The notes below the pieces were generated by a model. The model searched no databases, was not told the DNA's origin, and saw only the letters and a program-made list of their open reading frames with translations. A program made the position numbers and the translations under genes. DNA of 57,757 bases from NCBI GenBank assembly GCA_001724265.1, contig MEDY01000064.1, positions 124,001-181,757 on the forward strand. Reading direction: 5' to 3'. Position 1 is the stretch's first letter, and each line of letters begins with the position of its first letter. The stretch is from Rhizaria sp. SCN 62-66 (taxonomy: Eukaryota). This document shows positions 25,760 to 37,795 of the stretch, piece after piece.

Positions 25760-28629
25760 TCACCGCGGTGAGTCAGCAAACACACTGCTCCCCGTCGTCG
25801 AGTCATCGTCGCCAATACCCCGGCCCCCGTGTCCGTGCGCCCCACGGCCGTAGCCGCCGCCAAGAGCGACGCCACTGCCGCCGTTGCTGGAGCCCCTGTT
25901 GCCGCTGCTGTTCGACTTGGCGGCGTCAGCCTCCGCGGCGACGGCGGCCCTCTGCAGCGCCGCGGGCCGCCCCGCCGCCCGCGCGCGCGCGCTGAGGCCG
26001 ACGCCCAGCTGGTCGGCCAGCGCCCGCGCGCGGCGCTCCTCGGCCTCGTCGGCGGCCTCGGCAGCCGTCTGCGCCAATGCGCGCCCGCGGGCGTCGGCCT
26101 CGGCCAGCGCGGCCACACTGTGGTCGAACGCCGAGTGAAAGCCGCCGGCAAGACCGTGGGCTGCGCCGTCGTGATGTTCGTCGCCGTGCGCGTCATCAAA
26201 GTCGTAGTTGTGGAGCACGAGCTCGCCTTCGTAGTGCGGGTCGTATCTAAGCGTCTACATCAAACCGGTAGAATCACTAGCGGCGCTGCACGTTGCCGCA
26301 GCAGTCGTACTGTTGTTCATCTACGGGAACGCAAACACGTTGTTCGAATTGCCCCGGCCCGCCTACAGCGCGCGGCCGTGCGCGCCCGCGCCGCCGCTGC
26401 CGAGGTCGTCGATCTCAGCGTCAGCGTTGGGCGGCGGCGGCAGCGGGTCAAAGCGCGGCGAGCCCAGCGGCGGCGCGGGGCGCGGGGTCGAGGCCGGGGT
26501 ACGCACGCCGCCCGCGCTGAGGTTGCCCGAGCCGGCCGTCGCGACGGCGCTGCCCACCATCGCCGTCGCCGCGGGCGTGTCGTGCGCGGGTGCGGGCAGC
26601 GCGGGGAGGTCGCCCGAGTGCGAGAGCGACAGAGAGTGCGTGTACGCCAGCGTGGGGGACATGGCGCCGGCGCTGTTAGGGCCAGACAGGGGCGGCGACA
26701 GCGGGAGAGAGCCGGAGCCAGACGCAGACGCAGAGGCAGACGCGGATGCCGAGGCCGCGGCGGGCACTGACGACGACACCGACAACGCCAGGGCAGTCGC
26801 GGCCGCGTTGCCGCTTCCGCCGGCGGTCTTAGGGGCGGCGCCCGAGAGCGACTGCTGGGCTGCATAGGCGCTCGCGCCCGCGGTGCTGACGCCATGGGGC
26901 GCCGCGTTTGCAGAGATAGTGCTGTTGTGGGACTGCGAGTGCGAGAGAGCGTTGGCGCCAGACACAAACGACACGCCGCCGCCGCCGGGGTTGCCTCGAC
27001 CGGCGGTGACTTTGCCGTCGCCACCGAGATCGTCGTGGCCGGCCGCACCGGTCTCGGCATCGGCCGCGGGCGGCAGCGCGAGGGCGCGCGTATAAGCGTA
27101 CGCGATGCGGGTGCGGCGCATTACCACGGCCACGATCGTCTGTCAGCGAACAAGAACAAACAGCAAAGAAAAAAAATATGGAAATTCGTAAAAAGTGTCA
27201 GAACGATTGTGATAAAACAAGAAACGAGAACATCTTTCAAAAACTACTCCTTCATCGTAGGATCATGCGTTGAGCAGCGCGCAGTGCGTACCTCGGCGAA
27301 GACTGTGCTGATGACGACTACGGCGAGCAGGCGCACGTGCTGCACCGCCGCGTCCAGCACCTCGGGCGCGGGGTGGTCCGGCGCGAAGTGCTTCGTCACG
27401 TTGTCGATGATCGCCGTCTCGGAGAGGTTCAGCGCGAACGCGGCCGTGAGCGCGCCCGCGATGGCGAGCATGGCGTTGGCGGCGGAGAAGGCTCTGAGCA
27501 CCTCGCTGTGGTTGAGGCAGAGTCCGGTGTAGCCCGTGGCGGCGGAGAGGATCGTCGCAACCGTGAGCGCGAGCGTGGCGACGTGCACGCGCGGGGACGC
27601 GAAGGCCGTTTCGGGCAGCGACGCTGTGGCGAAGACCAGCGCGAGCGCGCAGAAGAGCGTGACAGTGACGAGGACGAGCAGGATCAGCACGCGGCGCCGC
27701 GCCGTCGCGAAGGGCGGCGCGTGCGGTATCGAGTAGTCGTCCTGAATTAACAGAATTTAACACAAATAGAATGTAATATGTAAGCCTTGCGTAGAAAGTG
27801 TAGTTTAAGTTCTTGATACTGGATGAAAAACAGCTCGTTTAGAAAGCAACATATTGTTTTGTCGTTAAAATGAAATGAAACGTACGTCGCTGGCGTCATA
27901 TCCGGCGGCGTTGCGCCGCGACCCGCTTGCGTTGGTGCCGCTCGCGCTCGCGCCATTGCCGCCGCCGTTGCCGCCACTGTGCTGCGCGTCGTACTGGTGC
28001 ATGAGGCGCTGCACGGCGCGCTTGCGGTGCGCGCGTTGCTCCCTGCGCTCGGCCTCGACCTGTTGCCGCGACTGCTGCAGCTCGACCGCGCTCTTGGCCA
28101 GGTTCGCGTCCTGCGTGTACCGCTGCAGCGCCTCCTGCAGCGCGTGTGTGCGCTTCGTGAGCGCGCGCGTCTCGGCGGCACGCGCTCGGTCTAGCGCCGC
28201 CTGCTGCTGCAGCCGCTGCTGCAGCCGGTGGTAGGCCGGGGAAGCCGGGTTCAGCCCCGCCGCGTCGCCGTCGGTGGCCCTCGCCACTGCGCCAGAGGCC
28301 GCGGAGCCGGCGGAGGGACTGACGCTGGCGTTGCTCGTGCTGTGCGAGGCGTCGTCGCCGGCCGCCGCGGCAGAGGCCGTGGCGGCGGCGGCAGCGGCGG
28401 CGGCGGCGGCAAGCGCGGCGGGGTAGGCAGTGGCTTCGTCCGAGTCGGAGGAGTAGGCCCAAACCGAGGTCGGCGTCGGCAGCTTGGCCGCGGCGGCGAT
28501 CAGCGCGGCCTCGGACTTGCTATGCGCCATCAGATGCTGCGCCCGACCGCTTCGCGAGCTTCCAGCGCCGGAGCCTGGGCCTGGGGGCGCGCCACCGCCG
28601 GCAAAGTGGGCCCGGGAAGGGCGCGGCAT
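25760..28629 (-). CDS. Four-TM (tetraspanin-like topology) hypothetical protein, ~857 aa; exons 28629-27886, 27741-27292, 27139-25760; three internal in-frame TAGs
   Basis: Phase-0 introns GTACGT..TCAG and GTACGC..ACAG. Coiled-coil N-terminus and four hydrophobic helices. ORFs 26363..27133 and 25760..26218 share a frame, bridged by TAGs at 26365-63, 26323-21 and 26257-55. Stop is TGA. Confidence 0.68.
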
Positions 28630-30304
28630 AGACGGCGGGGGCGACGGGGGCTGTGGCACGAAGCGCGGAGAGTTCTTGGTCTGGGGAAGCGGGGCTCGGA
28701 GAGAGAGAAAGGGATCCGGTCTGGTCTGGGCGAGAACAGAGGAAGCTTTGGGTGCGTGATATACAATGACAAGAAAATACGATGTGTAAGAGTCCCAACA
28801 AGTGGTGTTATGCAATATACCCAATCTTCCACCGCAGTCTTGATTGAAAATACTTCAACGGCGAGGTATGAAGCCCGGGAAAGGGGCAAAGATAGTCGAG
28901 CTAGTCATCAAAGTACAAAGGAGTAGATAAGACAGAACAAGCGACTCGTGGAAGAATAGTAAAAACAAAACTAAACGTTTGCACTCCTGTATACATCGTA
29001 AAAGTATAACGTGCTCCGGTGACGATGATTAGCGGTCATAGTCGCATCGTCCCAGAAAGCTCCGGTTTGAGCGTTGTGTCTGTCAGCGGCCTACCCCCCA
29101 GCCGCTGCCACTAAGAGCGGACGACTGCATGCGTTCCGCTGCAAAAGTATCGATATCTCAGTCATACAAATGTTTATGGTGGAATCACATTGATATAGTT
29201 TGATCCATGTGGTAATAAACAATATGTTGGAGTGAAAATGTGACTGGACAAGTTTTTGATCATGTATCTGTACGTGATAGGTTTGGACACTGCTCTTTAC
29301 GACATTTTATTGCGACACGGTCGCAAGTGAAAGATAGATTAGTTTGTATATCTACTTAAACCCTAATTTAGGGCGGAAAATCTACTTATAATCACAGAGC
29401 CACACATTGTTGTAAGTGGGCTTCGACGCACGCAGAATGAGAAAACTCACACAGCGAGAAAAAAAATCAAAAGCAAAAGTAATTATGACGCGAGCAAACG
29501 ACAAAAAAAAAAAGTAACTCGTGCGAGCTGAGCGACGCTGGCGGTCACTCTAGCGCGTGGTAAATATAGGCAGTTGTTGTGGGAGAAAGTCGCCGAAAAG
29601 AAGATTAGGACTGACTGCGATTCGCGTCTCGGCTCATCGAGCTAAAAAACGACACAAGCAAATGATCCATACTACACAAATGCATCTAGAGCGACATATG
29701 TGCAACAGCGAAGCGCGGCTGAAAAAAAAATGAACAACAAAAGAGAGTTGAGCTTGCAGGCTGAAAACAAAAAGAAAAACTCGCCGCGTGACAGTGGGCT
29801 GTGCTGACAATAGCACAACACACGCGTGATCGAGTTGCTGTAGTGTGTGTAATAAGTTGAAAATAAAATATGGGGAGGGCATGAAATACGTATGACAGAT
29901 AATTAGGTAACTACGCGTGTTACGGGAACATCTATCCATGTTTGCTGGCCTCAATCGATTGCCCTGTCAACTCATGTTGCAACTGCTGTTGATTTGTCTG
30001 TGTGTGAATCTTTGCGTCTGGAATTATGTTGCAGTGTGACGCAAGTAGAATCAGTAACTGCAACAGCTCATCATAAATAATAAGATCAGGGACACATCAT
30101 GGGCACAAATGGTGGCAAATAACCCGAAACAAATAGCAGCAAAAAGGACGACAAGACGATCGACAACAAACAAAGGACTCACAAAGAATATATAGTAATT
30201 AGGATAAGAAAGGAGGAAAATGGGCAAGAAAAAAATATAATTAAATATGACATATTGTCAAAACGATTATTGAGCTCAAGACAACGCAATAGTCAAAAAT
30301 GTGC

Positions 30305-33300
30305 TTACATATTTCTGTAAGGGCTATTGTTTGCACTCTTGTTCCCGCCCGCAATGCTGCAGTTAGCAATGTTAGTTGTCGTGTTATCGCTATTGCCATT
30401 GCTCGCGTTGATGCTGTGGTCGTTGTTGCCCACGTTGTTTTTGTGGCCGTTGTAATACATGTTGGTGATGGCGTTGATGTGCGTCGTCGTCGCCGTGCTG
30501 TAATGGTGGTGCGTCGTGGCCAGCGACGAATCATACTCAGATCCGAGCCACACGTCCTCCTCCTCGTCGTCGTCGTCGTCGCTGTCGTCGCCGTTGTTGA
30601 CGCTGTCCCCAAAGCTAGGCCCGCGGCCGTCGACGCCAGTGACGCCGTCGCCGTCGCCGTCGCCGTCATTGTCGCCACCACCATCACCGGCGCTCTCAGC
30701 ACGAGTGCGGGAGCGGATCACACCGACGCGAGCGCCAGAGGTGACGGCAGCGCCATTGCCGAAGCCGGCGCCTGAGCTCGTGAAAGCGCGGGAGAAAGCG
30801 CCAGCAGCAGCAGCGGAGCCCGCCTTGGTCGTGATGAAGCCGCTGGGACCAGGACCGGCGCTAGCGGTCGCACTGGCGGCGTCGCCAACTGTGGTGAGAT
30901 ACGCGCTGTTGTTGTAATAGGCGTTGTGATCCAAGCAGTCAACGTTGTTGTCGTTATCGTCGTCGTCGCCGTTGTTATGAACGCCGTCGCCGTCGCCGTC
31001 GCAGTCATCGTCGTTGTTGTCTTCATCACTGTTGCCGCCACCGTCGCTGTCACTATGGTTATCGTCCTTCGCACGCGTGCCGCCGCCCCGGGCCCTGCTG
31101 CTCGCGCCAGCACCAGCCGCCGCAGTGGACGCACCAGCGTTGCCCTGGCCCCGCCTCTCGTCGCCAGCAGCACCAGCATCCGTCATGGGCTTCGCCGACT
31201 GAGCTCCAGCCGCGCTGGCGGCAATCGCGCTGTTTGCGCGGTAACGGCGCGGCGCGGTCGCCATCGATACAGACCGGCTGCTGCGCGCGCGCGTGCGGGC
31301 GGGGACGAAGATCAGAGACGCCGCGGTCACAGGCACCACGGTGGCAGCGGCGTCGGCGGCCGCGTCCTCGGCACCAGCGGCGTGGGCAGGCGTGGCGCCG
31401 GCGCTGGCGGTGGGGCTGAAAGTGATGACTGGCGCCTGAGCAGTGAACGAGTCGGGTCCAAAGCCATGGACGGCGACGGTGACGGGAGCGAACGAGGAAG
31501 CTGAGGCCAAGTTGAAGGCCGAGAGCGGGACAGGAACAGCTGATGCTGATGCTGCCATCGGGAACGGCGCTCCTGCCGCCGCCGCTGCTGCTGCTGCTGA
31601 AGCCGTCGTAGTAGTGAACGCGCTGGGCGAGAGGGACGACGACGGCAGGTACGGCGACGGGGGCGACCGCGGCGACAGCGGGGAGCGCGGCGAGCGCTGC
31701 TGAGTCAGCAAGTCGCAGTTGCACGCGCAGTCGCAAGTGCGCACGCAGTTACAGTCGCGCTCGCAGTCGCAGGCGGTCGCTGAGCGGTCGTTCGGGTCGG
31801 CGTGACGGACGCCACTGTTGCTGTCACCGTAGTGGCTGCGGGTGTGAACGAGGCTGTGCCGGTGTTTGTTGTGGCTGCCCTTGCCGCTATTTGCGTGCGG
31901 CGAAGTGTGGCTGTTCAGGTGGTGATGTGCGTGACTGTGACTATGACTGGGACCGTGGCTGATGTGGCTGTGGCTGCAGCCGTCATGAACACTCATGTTG
32001 TCCGCCTCACAATCACCGTCTGCAGTGATGTTGCCACCGTTGCCGTCGTTGCCGTCGTTGTCGTCGCTCATAACGCGCTGGCGCGCAGTCATCGGAGTAT
32101 GACCAAGGGCATCACCGTCAGCATCAGTCTCCGCAGCAGCAGCAGCACCACCACCAGCAACAGACTTGCTACTGCTGGTGTTGTAGTACACGAACTGGTC
32201 GCAGTCGCTGCTCGCGCGGGCGCGCGACGCCACCGGTCGCGGCCGCTTCATACTGTTGGTGTTGATGTTGTTCGCATGAGTCGCGCTCGAGCTCGCGTTC
32301 GCGGCGACATTGGGACTCGCGGTAGAACCAACGGTGCTCGCCTCCACGTCAGCTGACTGTCCGTTGGCAGTAACAGTAACGGTGGGCAGGGCGGTGGCGT
32401 GAACGTCGCTCACGGCCGGAGGAGGCGTCTCGCCAGTGAGTGCGAGCGGAGTGTCGGCGACTGTGGGCGCAGGCAAAGGAGAAACCATGGGCGGAGTGAC
32501 CGTGAGCCGAAGCGTACAGCCGTTTACGTCGCTTTGCTCGTCCTCCTGCTGCGGCTCGGCCGCTGGAGTCGAAGTGGCTGTTGCAGGATGCGTGTATTGG
32601 CGCATAATGGCGCCCATGCTCCCCATCGTCGCCGACGCCGCTGTCGCCAGCGAGCGCAGCGCAGTGACAAACGTCTGCGGAATCGTTGCCGCTGTGAAAC
32701 CGCCGCTGCCGTCGACGTCACCATCGAAGTGACGCTGCTGCTGATGAGAGATCTCACTGTGGCCCTGGTCGTAGCTGTGGTCGTGCGCGGCGTGGCCGTG
32801 ACCGTGGGCAATGTGGCTGTGGGCAATGTGGCTGCGGGCCTCCGCGTCCGTATCGTCAGTCATCACGACCTGGTCGCCCGCGTCGCAGTCCCCGCCGACA
32901 GCGTCGGCATCAGCATCGGCATCAGCGTCGGCATCAGCATCGGCATCAGCGACTCCGCACTCGGTGGCAGCGTAGCCGTCGCTGTCGTCGCCGTCGTTAC
33001 TGTTGTTGTTCAAGGCGTTGACACTGAAGTCGCTGCTGTCGCAGTAGCAGTCGTCGGCAGCGCGGGGCGTCATGGCCTCTGCGGCGCCTTGCTGTGCGAG
33101 CATTTGCTGCTGAAGCTGAAGCTGCAGCTGCAGCTGCAACTGCTGTTCCTGCTCTGCGGCAAACATCTGGGCATGCGCCAGTGTCTGGAGCTGTGTTTGC
33201 GCATCTGACTGTGGCTGCGAACTCAGCTGCAACTGCGCAAGCTGTTGCTGCTGCTCTTGAATCTGGCGGTGTTGCTGCTGTGCCTGGAGCAAAAGCAACA

Positions 33301-35523
33301 ACTGGTGCTGCTGTTGGAGTTGGTGTGCGCTCGGTTGTTGGTCGTGTTGCTGCTGCTCATGTTGTTGTTGCTGCAACGAAAGCGCAATCGACGACAAAAG
33401 CGACGGGAATCCAAGGTTAACATCACGATTGACCCCACTGGGACTGCTAGTGTTCCTGTTGTTAGCGTCCGTGTCCGAGGGGCTGTTCGTGCAATTGATG
33501 TTCCCGTGACTGTTACTGTTTTGTGACAAACTGAAGTGCGACGGCTGCGGGTGGCCGTGAGCAGTGCCAGCATTCGCACCATCAGTTGCATCAGCGTAGC
33601 GCTCGCTCAGCTCCGTGTGACTGTGGGACGCTGCGGAATGACTGTGAGCAGAGGTGAAGTGACTGTGCGCAGCCGAGTTTGTCATGTGACTGTGAGCAGG
33701 AGAGGTCGAGGCGCACATGGACGGCGACATCACCTCTTGCCCGTTGCTGTTATTATTGTTGTTGTTGTTGTTGTTGTTGTTGTCATCATAGTTGTTGTTA
33801 CCATGCTCAGCATCGTGACTATGATTGCGGTGACTGTGTGCCTCGGCGTCGTGACTGCGGTGCGCGCTACGGGAGTGACTGTGGGCGCTGTTGACGCTAC
33901 GCTGGCCATGGCGCGTGTGACCGTGGTTGCGGTGGCTATGGGGACGACGGTCGCGGGGATCACCAGCAACGACAACGCGCTCGTCTCCGTCGCCATGACT
34001 GTGCCTGTGCCTGTGGCCGTGGCTGTTGTTGGTCGAGCTTGTAGTCACGGGAATGAGCGGAGGAGACGGGAAGTCCAGCGTCTCAAGTGTGAACTCACAT
34101 GGCAAGGCGCCAAAGTGCACTGTGTCTCCAGGGCGCAGCTCTGAGAAAGGTCAGTGAAACGAAGCAAATCAACAAAGTTTGGAGGATGAGCGAGGAGCCA
34201 AAGGGGGGGGAAATATGGTCTTGAGCTAAGTGGATTAATAGTCACGATATATGCATGTCTTAAAAAATAAAACAAAATAATGATATACATGACTGAGTTT
34301 TTTCTACAATATTGTGACTAGAGTTTAAAACATTTTGCATAAACCACAAATATTCAAGTTCCTGAGAAACCGGATCTTAAACCCAGTTTCCAGAAGGAAA
34401 AAACCTTCTTTCATGGAAGTTTAGGCGTACCATAATAGGTCATGGGCTCAATCCGGACCCTGTTGATATACGTCCCGTGTTGCGACACAAGATCAAAGAG
34501 AAACACGCGCTCCTTTCCGGGCAAACTGGCCGCGAGCGCGGGCGTCTCGTCCAGCTGCGCGGAGCTGTCACCGCTCGCCTCGGTCTGGTCAGTGTCGGGG
34601 TCTGCGCCTGGCTGATCTCTCTTGCGGCCCGCCTTGCTCTGCTCGCTCTCCCCGTCACCGTCCTCCTACGCACCCCGCGTGGTAGCGCCGGGAGCGCCGC
34701 CACGCGCGTGTGGGCCTCTGTTATCCCCGCCGGAGCCGGAGTTATTGCCGAGGCTTGTCAGACTGGCCTGGCTAGTATTGCGCCGAATGCCCGACACGGC
34801 GTCTCCGGCGCTCACCGTCACCGCGACGGGCGCCTCCGCGTCCGGCCCACTCTCCTGCAGCTGCGGCGGCAGTGTTTGCGCCAGCGCGGTGAAGTGCGGC
34901 GAGGACGGGGACGCGAATTGGATGATGGCGTGCTGGCGTGACAGCGAGGGGTGCGAGAACGTGAGCACGCTCGACGGCAGCCGGCCGATTGTGAGTGTGG
35001 CGAGGCCAAAGGACGTCAAATCAAGCGGCGGAAAAGGTGCGCCGTTGAGAAACGTCGAGAGGTAGAACGGGGTGCGCGGCGGAGCGCCCCAGTCAGGCGG
35101 GACGTAGGTCTTAAGCGAGCCGCCGCCTGGGTTTCCAGTAGCAGTCCCGACGCTGGGGCCGAAGGGTGGCGGTACGGCGGAGTTTGCTGTGTCTGCAGAG
35201 CTCGTTGTAACGTGCATTTGACGCTGTGTGGAAGTATCGGAAGCAGTGGCGCCGGTGTGGGCAGAAAATGGCGGGGAGTGGCGGCCGGTGAAGGGCGAGA
35301 AGAAGGGCCCGGAATTGGTCGGGGAACGGCGTAAGGAGAGAGACGAAGCCGGGAGAAACGAGATGGGACGGCGAACCAGGGGTGAAGCTGGAATGATAAC
35401 AACGCCCTGGTGTTTTCGTGGAGATGATCCAATGACAGTCGTTGCTGGAATCTTCCTAGGACTTGGTGCGGGTGGTGGGGGCATCGAAGTTCGCCCTGTT
35501 GGGGGCGTCGTGGAGGGCCTCAT
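30305..35523 (-). CDS. FHA-domain protein with a very long low-complexity C-terminus, ~1642 aa; exons 35523-34431 and 34140-30305; internal in-frame TAG at 34668-34666
   Basis: YVPPDWG..TIGRLP..HPSLSRQHAIIQF lies before the TAG. VFLFDLVSQHGTYINRVRIEPMTYY|ELRPGDTVHFG lies after it, across phase-1 intron 34430-34141 (GTACGC..CTGAC..CTCAG). Stop is TAA. Confidence 0.85.
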
Positions 35524-35941
35524 AACCCTCCGGTACTAAAAACACAGATATGGCACATATAGCGGGGCATAGAATGAGCGATCAATTTGACATAATCGAG
35601 GTGATCTGAAATAGAACCGTCGCTAAATGAATGCAATGAAGATGGACGGAAGTAAACGTGACTAAATCTGATGTGTATTCAGCACCCCATCCCCAACGCT
35701 CACGTCGGGCTTGGGGGTGGGGGGGCGAGAGAGGAGGCATGAGCTCGGTCAACGGGCGAACAGTACGGAGGAGAAAGAATCTCTGACCTACTGCACTCCA
35801 ACGCCGCCACCTCGCTCCTTCTCCCCACTCTCTCATTATCTCAAAAAACAACAACAACACAACCACCATCAACGAGTTGTCTCATTTTCCCTTCCTTTCC
35901 CTCTCCATGTTTGACCGTAGCTGGAACACTGGGTGAGTGAC

Positions 35942-37171
35942 TTACCAGCGGCGGACGAACTTGAAGGCGGTGTTGCCGGCCTCCTTGGGAACGAGGCCCG
36001 CGCGGACGTAAGGGCCAACGGTGGGGAGGTGGGCGGCGACGGCGAGGAGGACCTCGCCCGACTTGTCGCCAGTGAGCTGCTTGAGCGCGACGAGACCGTT
36101 CTTCTTGACGGCGGCATCGACGGGGGCCTGGCCGAACTTCTTGTACAGCACCTCGCGGAGCTTGAGGACGAAGTTGTTCATGGCGTTCTTCTTGAGCCCG
36201 GCGAGGTCCTTGTTGAGGGCCTTCATCGCCTTGGCCTTGAGCTGGTCAACGCGGTCCATCTGGCCGTCGGTGATGTAGGCGTTGGCGAGCTCGTGGAGCT
36301 CCTTGGCGCGCTCGGCGGTCGACGCAACGTAGGACTTCTTGAGCTGGGCGACGCGGGCGTGCTCGGCGGCCTCAAAGTCGATGACCTGGGAGGAGGTCGC
36401 CTTGAGAGCCTTGAGGGTGTTCTTCTTGAAGTTCCACTTCTTGACCTGCTTCATGAGCTTGCGGGCCTGCTTAGCGAGCTTCTTGACCTCAATGAAGTCA
36501 CCCTCAGCGACGGCCTTCTTGCCGTTGCGCTCAGCGCGGACAACCTCGTTCATGAGGATCTTGCCCTGGTCCTTAACCTGCTTGTGGAGCTTCTTGATGA
36601 TCTTCGCACCACGAGCGAGGACGGCGTCCGTCTTCTCGGGGGTGGGGATCGCGTGGTCGGCATAGACGAACGTGTAGGGGTCGTCGTTCTCGTAGTCCTT
36701 GTCGGGCAGAGCGGGCTCCTTGGCCTCGACGGGGGACTTGCCGGATGCCTTGCCAACCTTGAGGTCGGCGTCGGTCAGGAGAGCCGGGATGGCCGCGGAG
36801 GCACCCTTGGAGTCGGTCTTCTTGGCGTCAGCCTTCTTGGCAGCAGGCTTCTTGGCAATGACCTTCTTGGGAGCAGCAGCAGCCTTGGGGTCCTCGATGA
36901 ACGAGTGCTGGTTGAGGGCAGAGTTCATGCGCTCGTCGGTGTTGGCGAGCTCAGACTCGAGGTGGGACCAGAACTCATCCTTAGACATGGTCTGGAGAGC
37001 GCTGAACTCGGCCGCAGAGAAGTCCTGACTGGTCATGACATCCTCAGCAGAGAGGCCCAAGGTCGAGGCCTCGGCGGCAGCACGAGCGAAAAGCTCGGCC
37101 GTCGAAAACACTTGAGCGGCGTGCGCGAGGCACACGCACGCAAGTGCACACAAGACGACGGAAAAACGCAT
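35942..37171 (-). CDS. Secreted Lys/Ala-rich helical hypothetical protein (~409 aa), probably highly expressed
   Basis: Signal peptide MRFSVVLCALACVCLAHA and strongly biased codons (AAG, GCC, CTC). Ends TGG TAA. Confidence 0.8.
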   Translation of the reverse strand: MRFSVVLCALACVCLAHAAQVFSTAELFARAAAEASTLGLSAEDVMTSQDFSAAEFSALQTMSKDEFWSHLESELANTDERMNSALNQHSFIEDPKAAAAPKKVIAKKPAAKKADAKKTDSKGASAAIPALLTDADLKVGKASGKSPVEAKEPALPDKDYENDDPYTFVYADHAIPTPEKTDAVLARGAKIIKKLHKQVKDQGKILMNEVVRAERNGKKAVAEGDFIEVKKLAKQARKLMKQVKKWNFKKNTLKALKATSSQVIDFEAAEHARVAQLKKSYVASTAERAKELHELANAYITDGQMDRVDQLKAKAMKALNKDLAGLKKNAMNNFVLKLREVLYKKFGQAPVDAAVKKNGLVALKQLTGDKSGEVLLAVAAHLPTVGPYVRAGLVPKEAGNTAFKFVRRW

Positions 37172-37795
37172 TCGTCTACACCACGGAGCGAATAGGGAAA
37201 GCAGGAAGGGCGAAAACAAGAGCAGCCCAAAGGGGGGTGGGAGAGAGAGGAGTGAGAAGGAGACTTTGAAGAGGCCCCAGATGCAGCCACCAGCGCACCC
37301 AGTGCGACGGGGACATAAATTTATATCATCATATAGATGTCAACAACCTGCTGCTAAAATGACAAATCCACACAGGGACGCCTATGCCTCCAAATCACCC
37401 CGTTTTGCCCCCGCCCAGCCCCAAAAATTGGTCCCTGTCCCCCCTTACCCCCCAGTAAGTTAGGTCGCATCAGCCGAGTGACCGTGGGCAGAGACCAGCC
37501 GATCACCAGACCGAGACCGACCGACCCGCCCGTTCGACCACAGAGAGATTGGAAAGAGCGACTAGAGCCGTGACGGAATAAGGTCTGTAACGGCATGTAT
37601 CTTCCGATAATTGTGTTTATGTTCTACGTATAGTAATTTTGTGCATCAAATTACCTATTTTTTAATTTCAAAGAGCGATAAAGCTCGTCTCCCCTCCATA
37701 CTGACCACCTCTTTTTTCCTCCCACAACCCTATGCATCTATCCCTTCCATTCCTCGCCTGCTTCCTGGATGACCGCTTAATAGCCAACACTCTCG

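Noticed and set aside
4080-34668. Pseudogenes, pyrrolysine or A-to-I stop correction as explanations for the TAGs
   Set aside because: No frameshifts or internal TAA/TGA. Pyrrolysine is not known in eukaryotes, and the contexts are polar linkers unlikely to hold Trp. Disfavoured rather than excluded.
35933-37195. 420-aa + strand ORF, and similar long overlapping ORFs (12263-13634, 42607-44959, 54512-55942)
   Set aside because: Antisense or alternate-frame shadows of GC-rich, codon-biased real genes.
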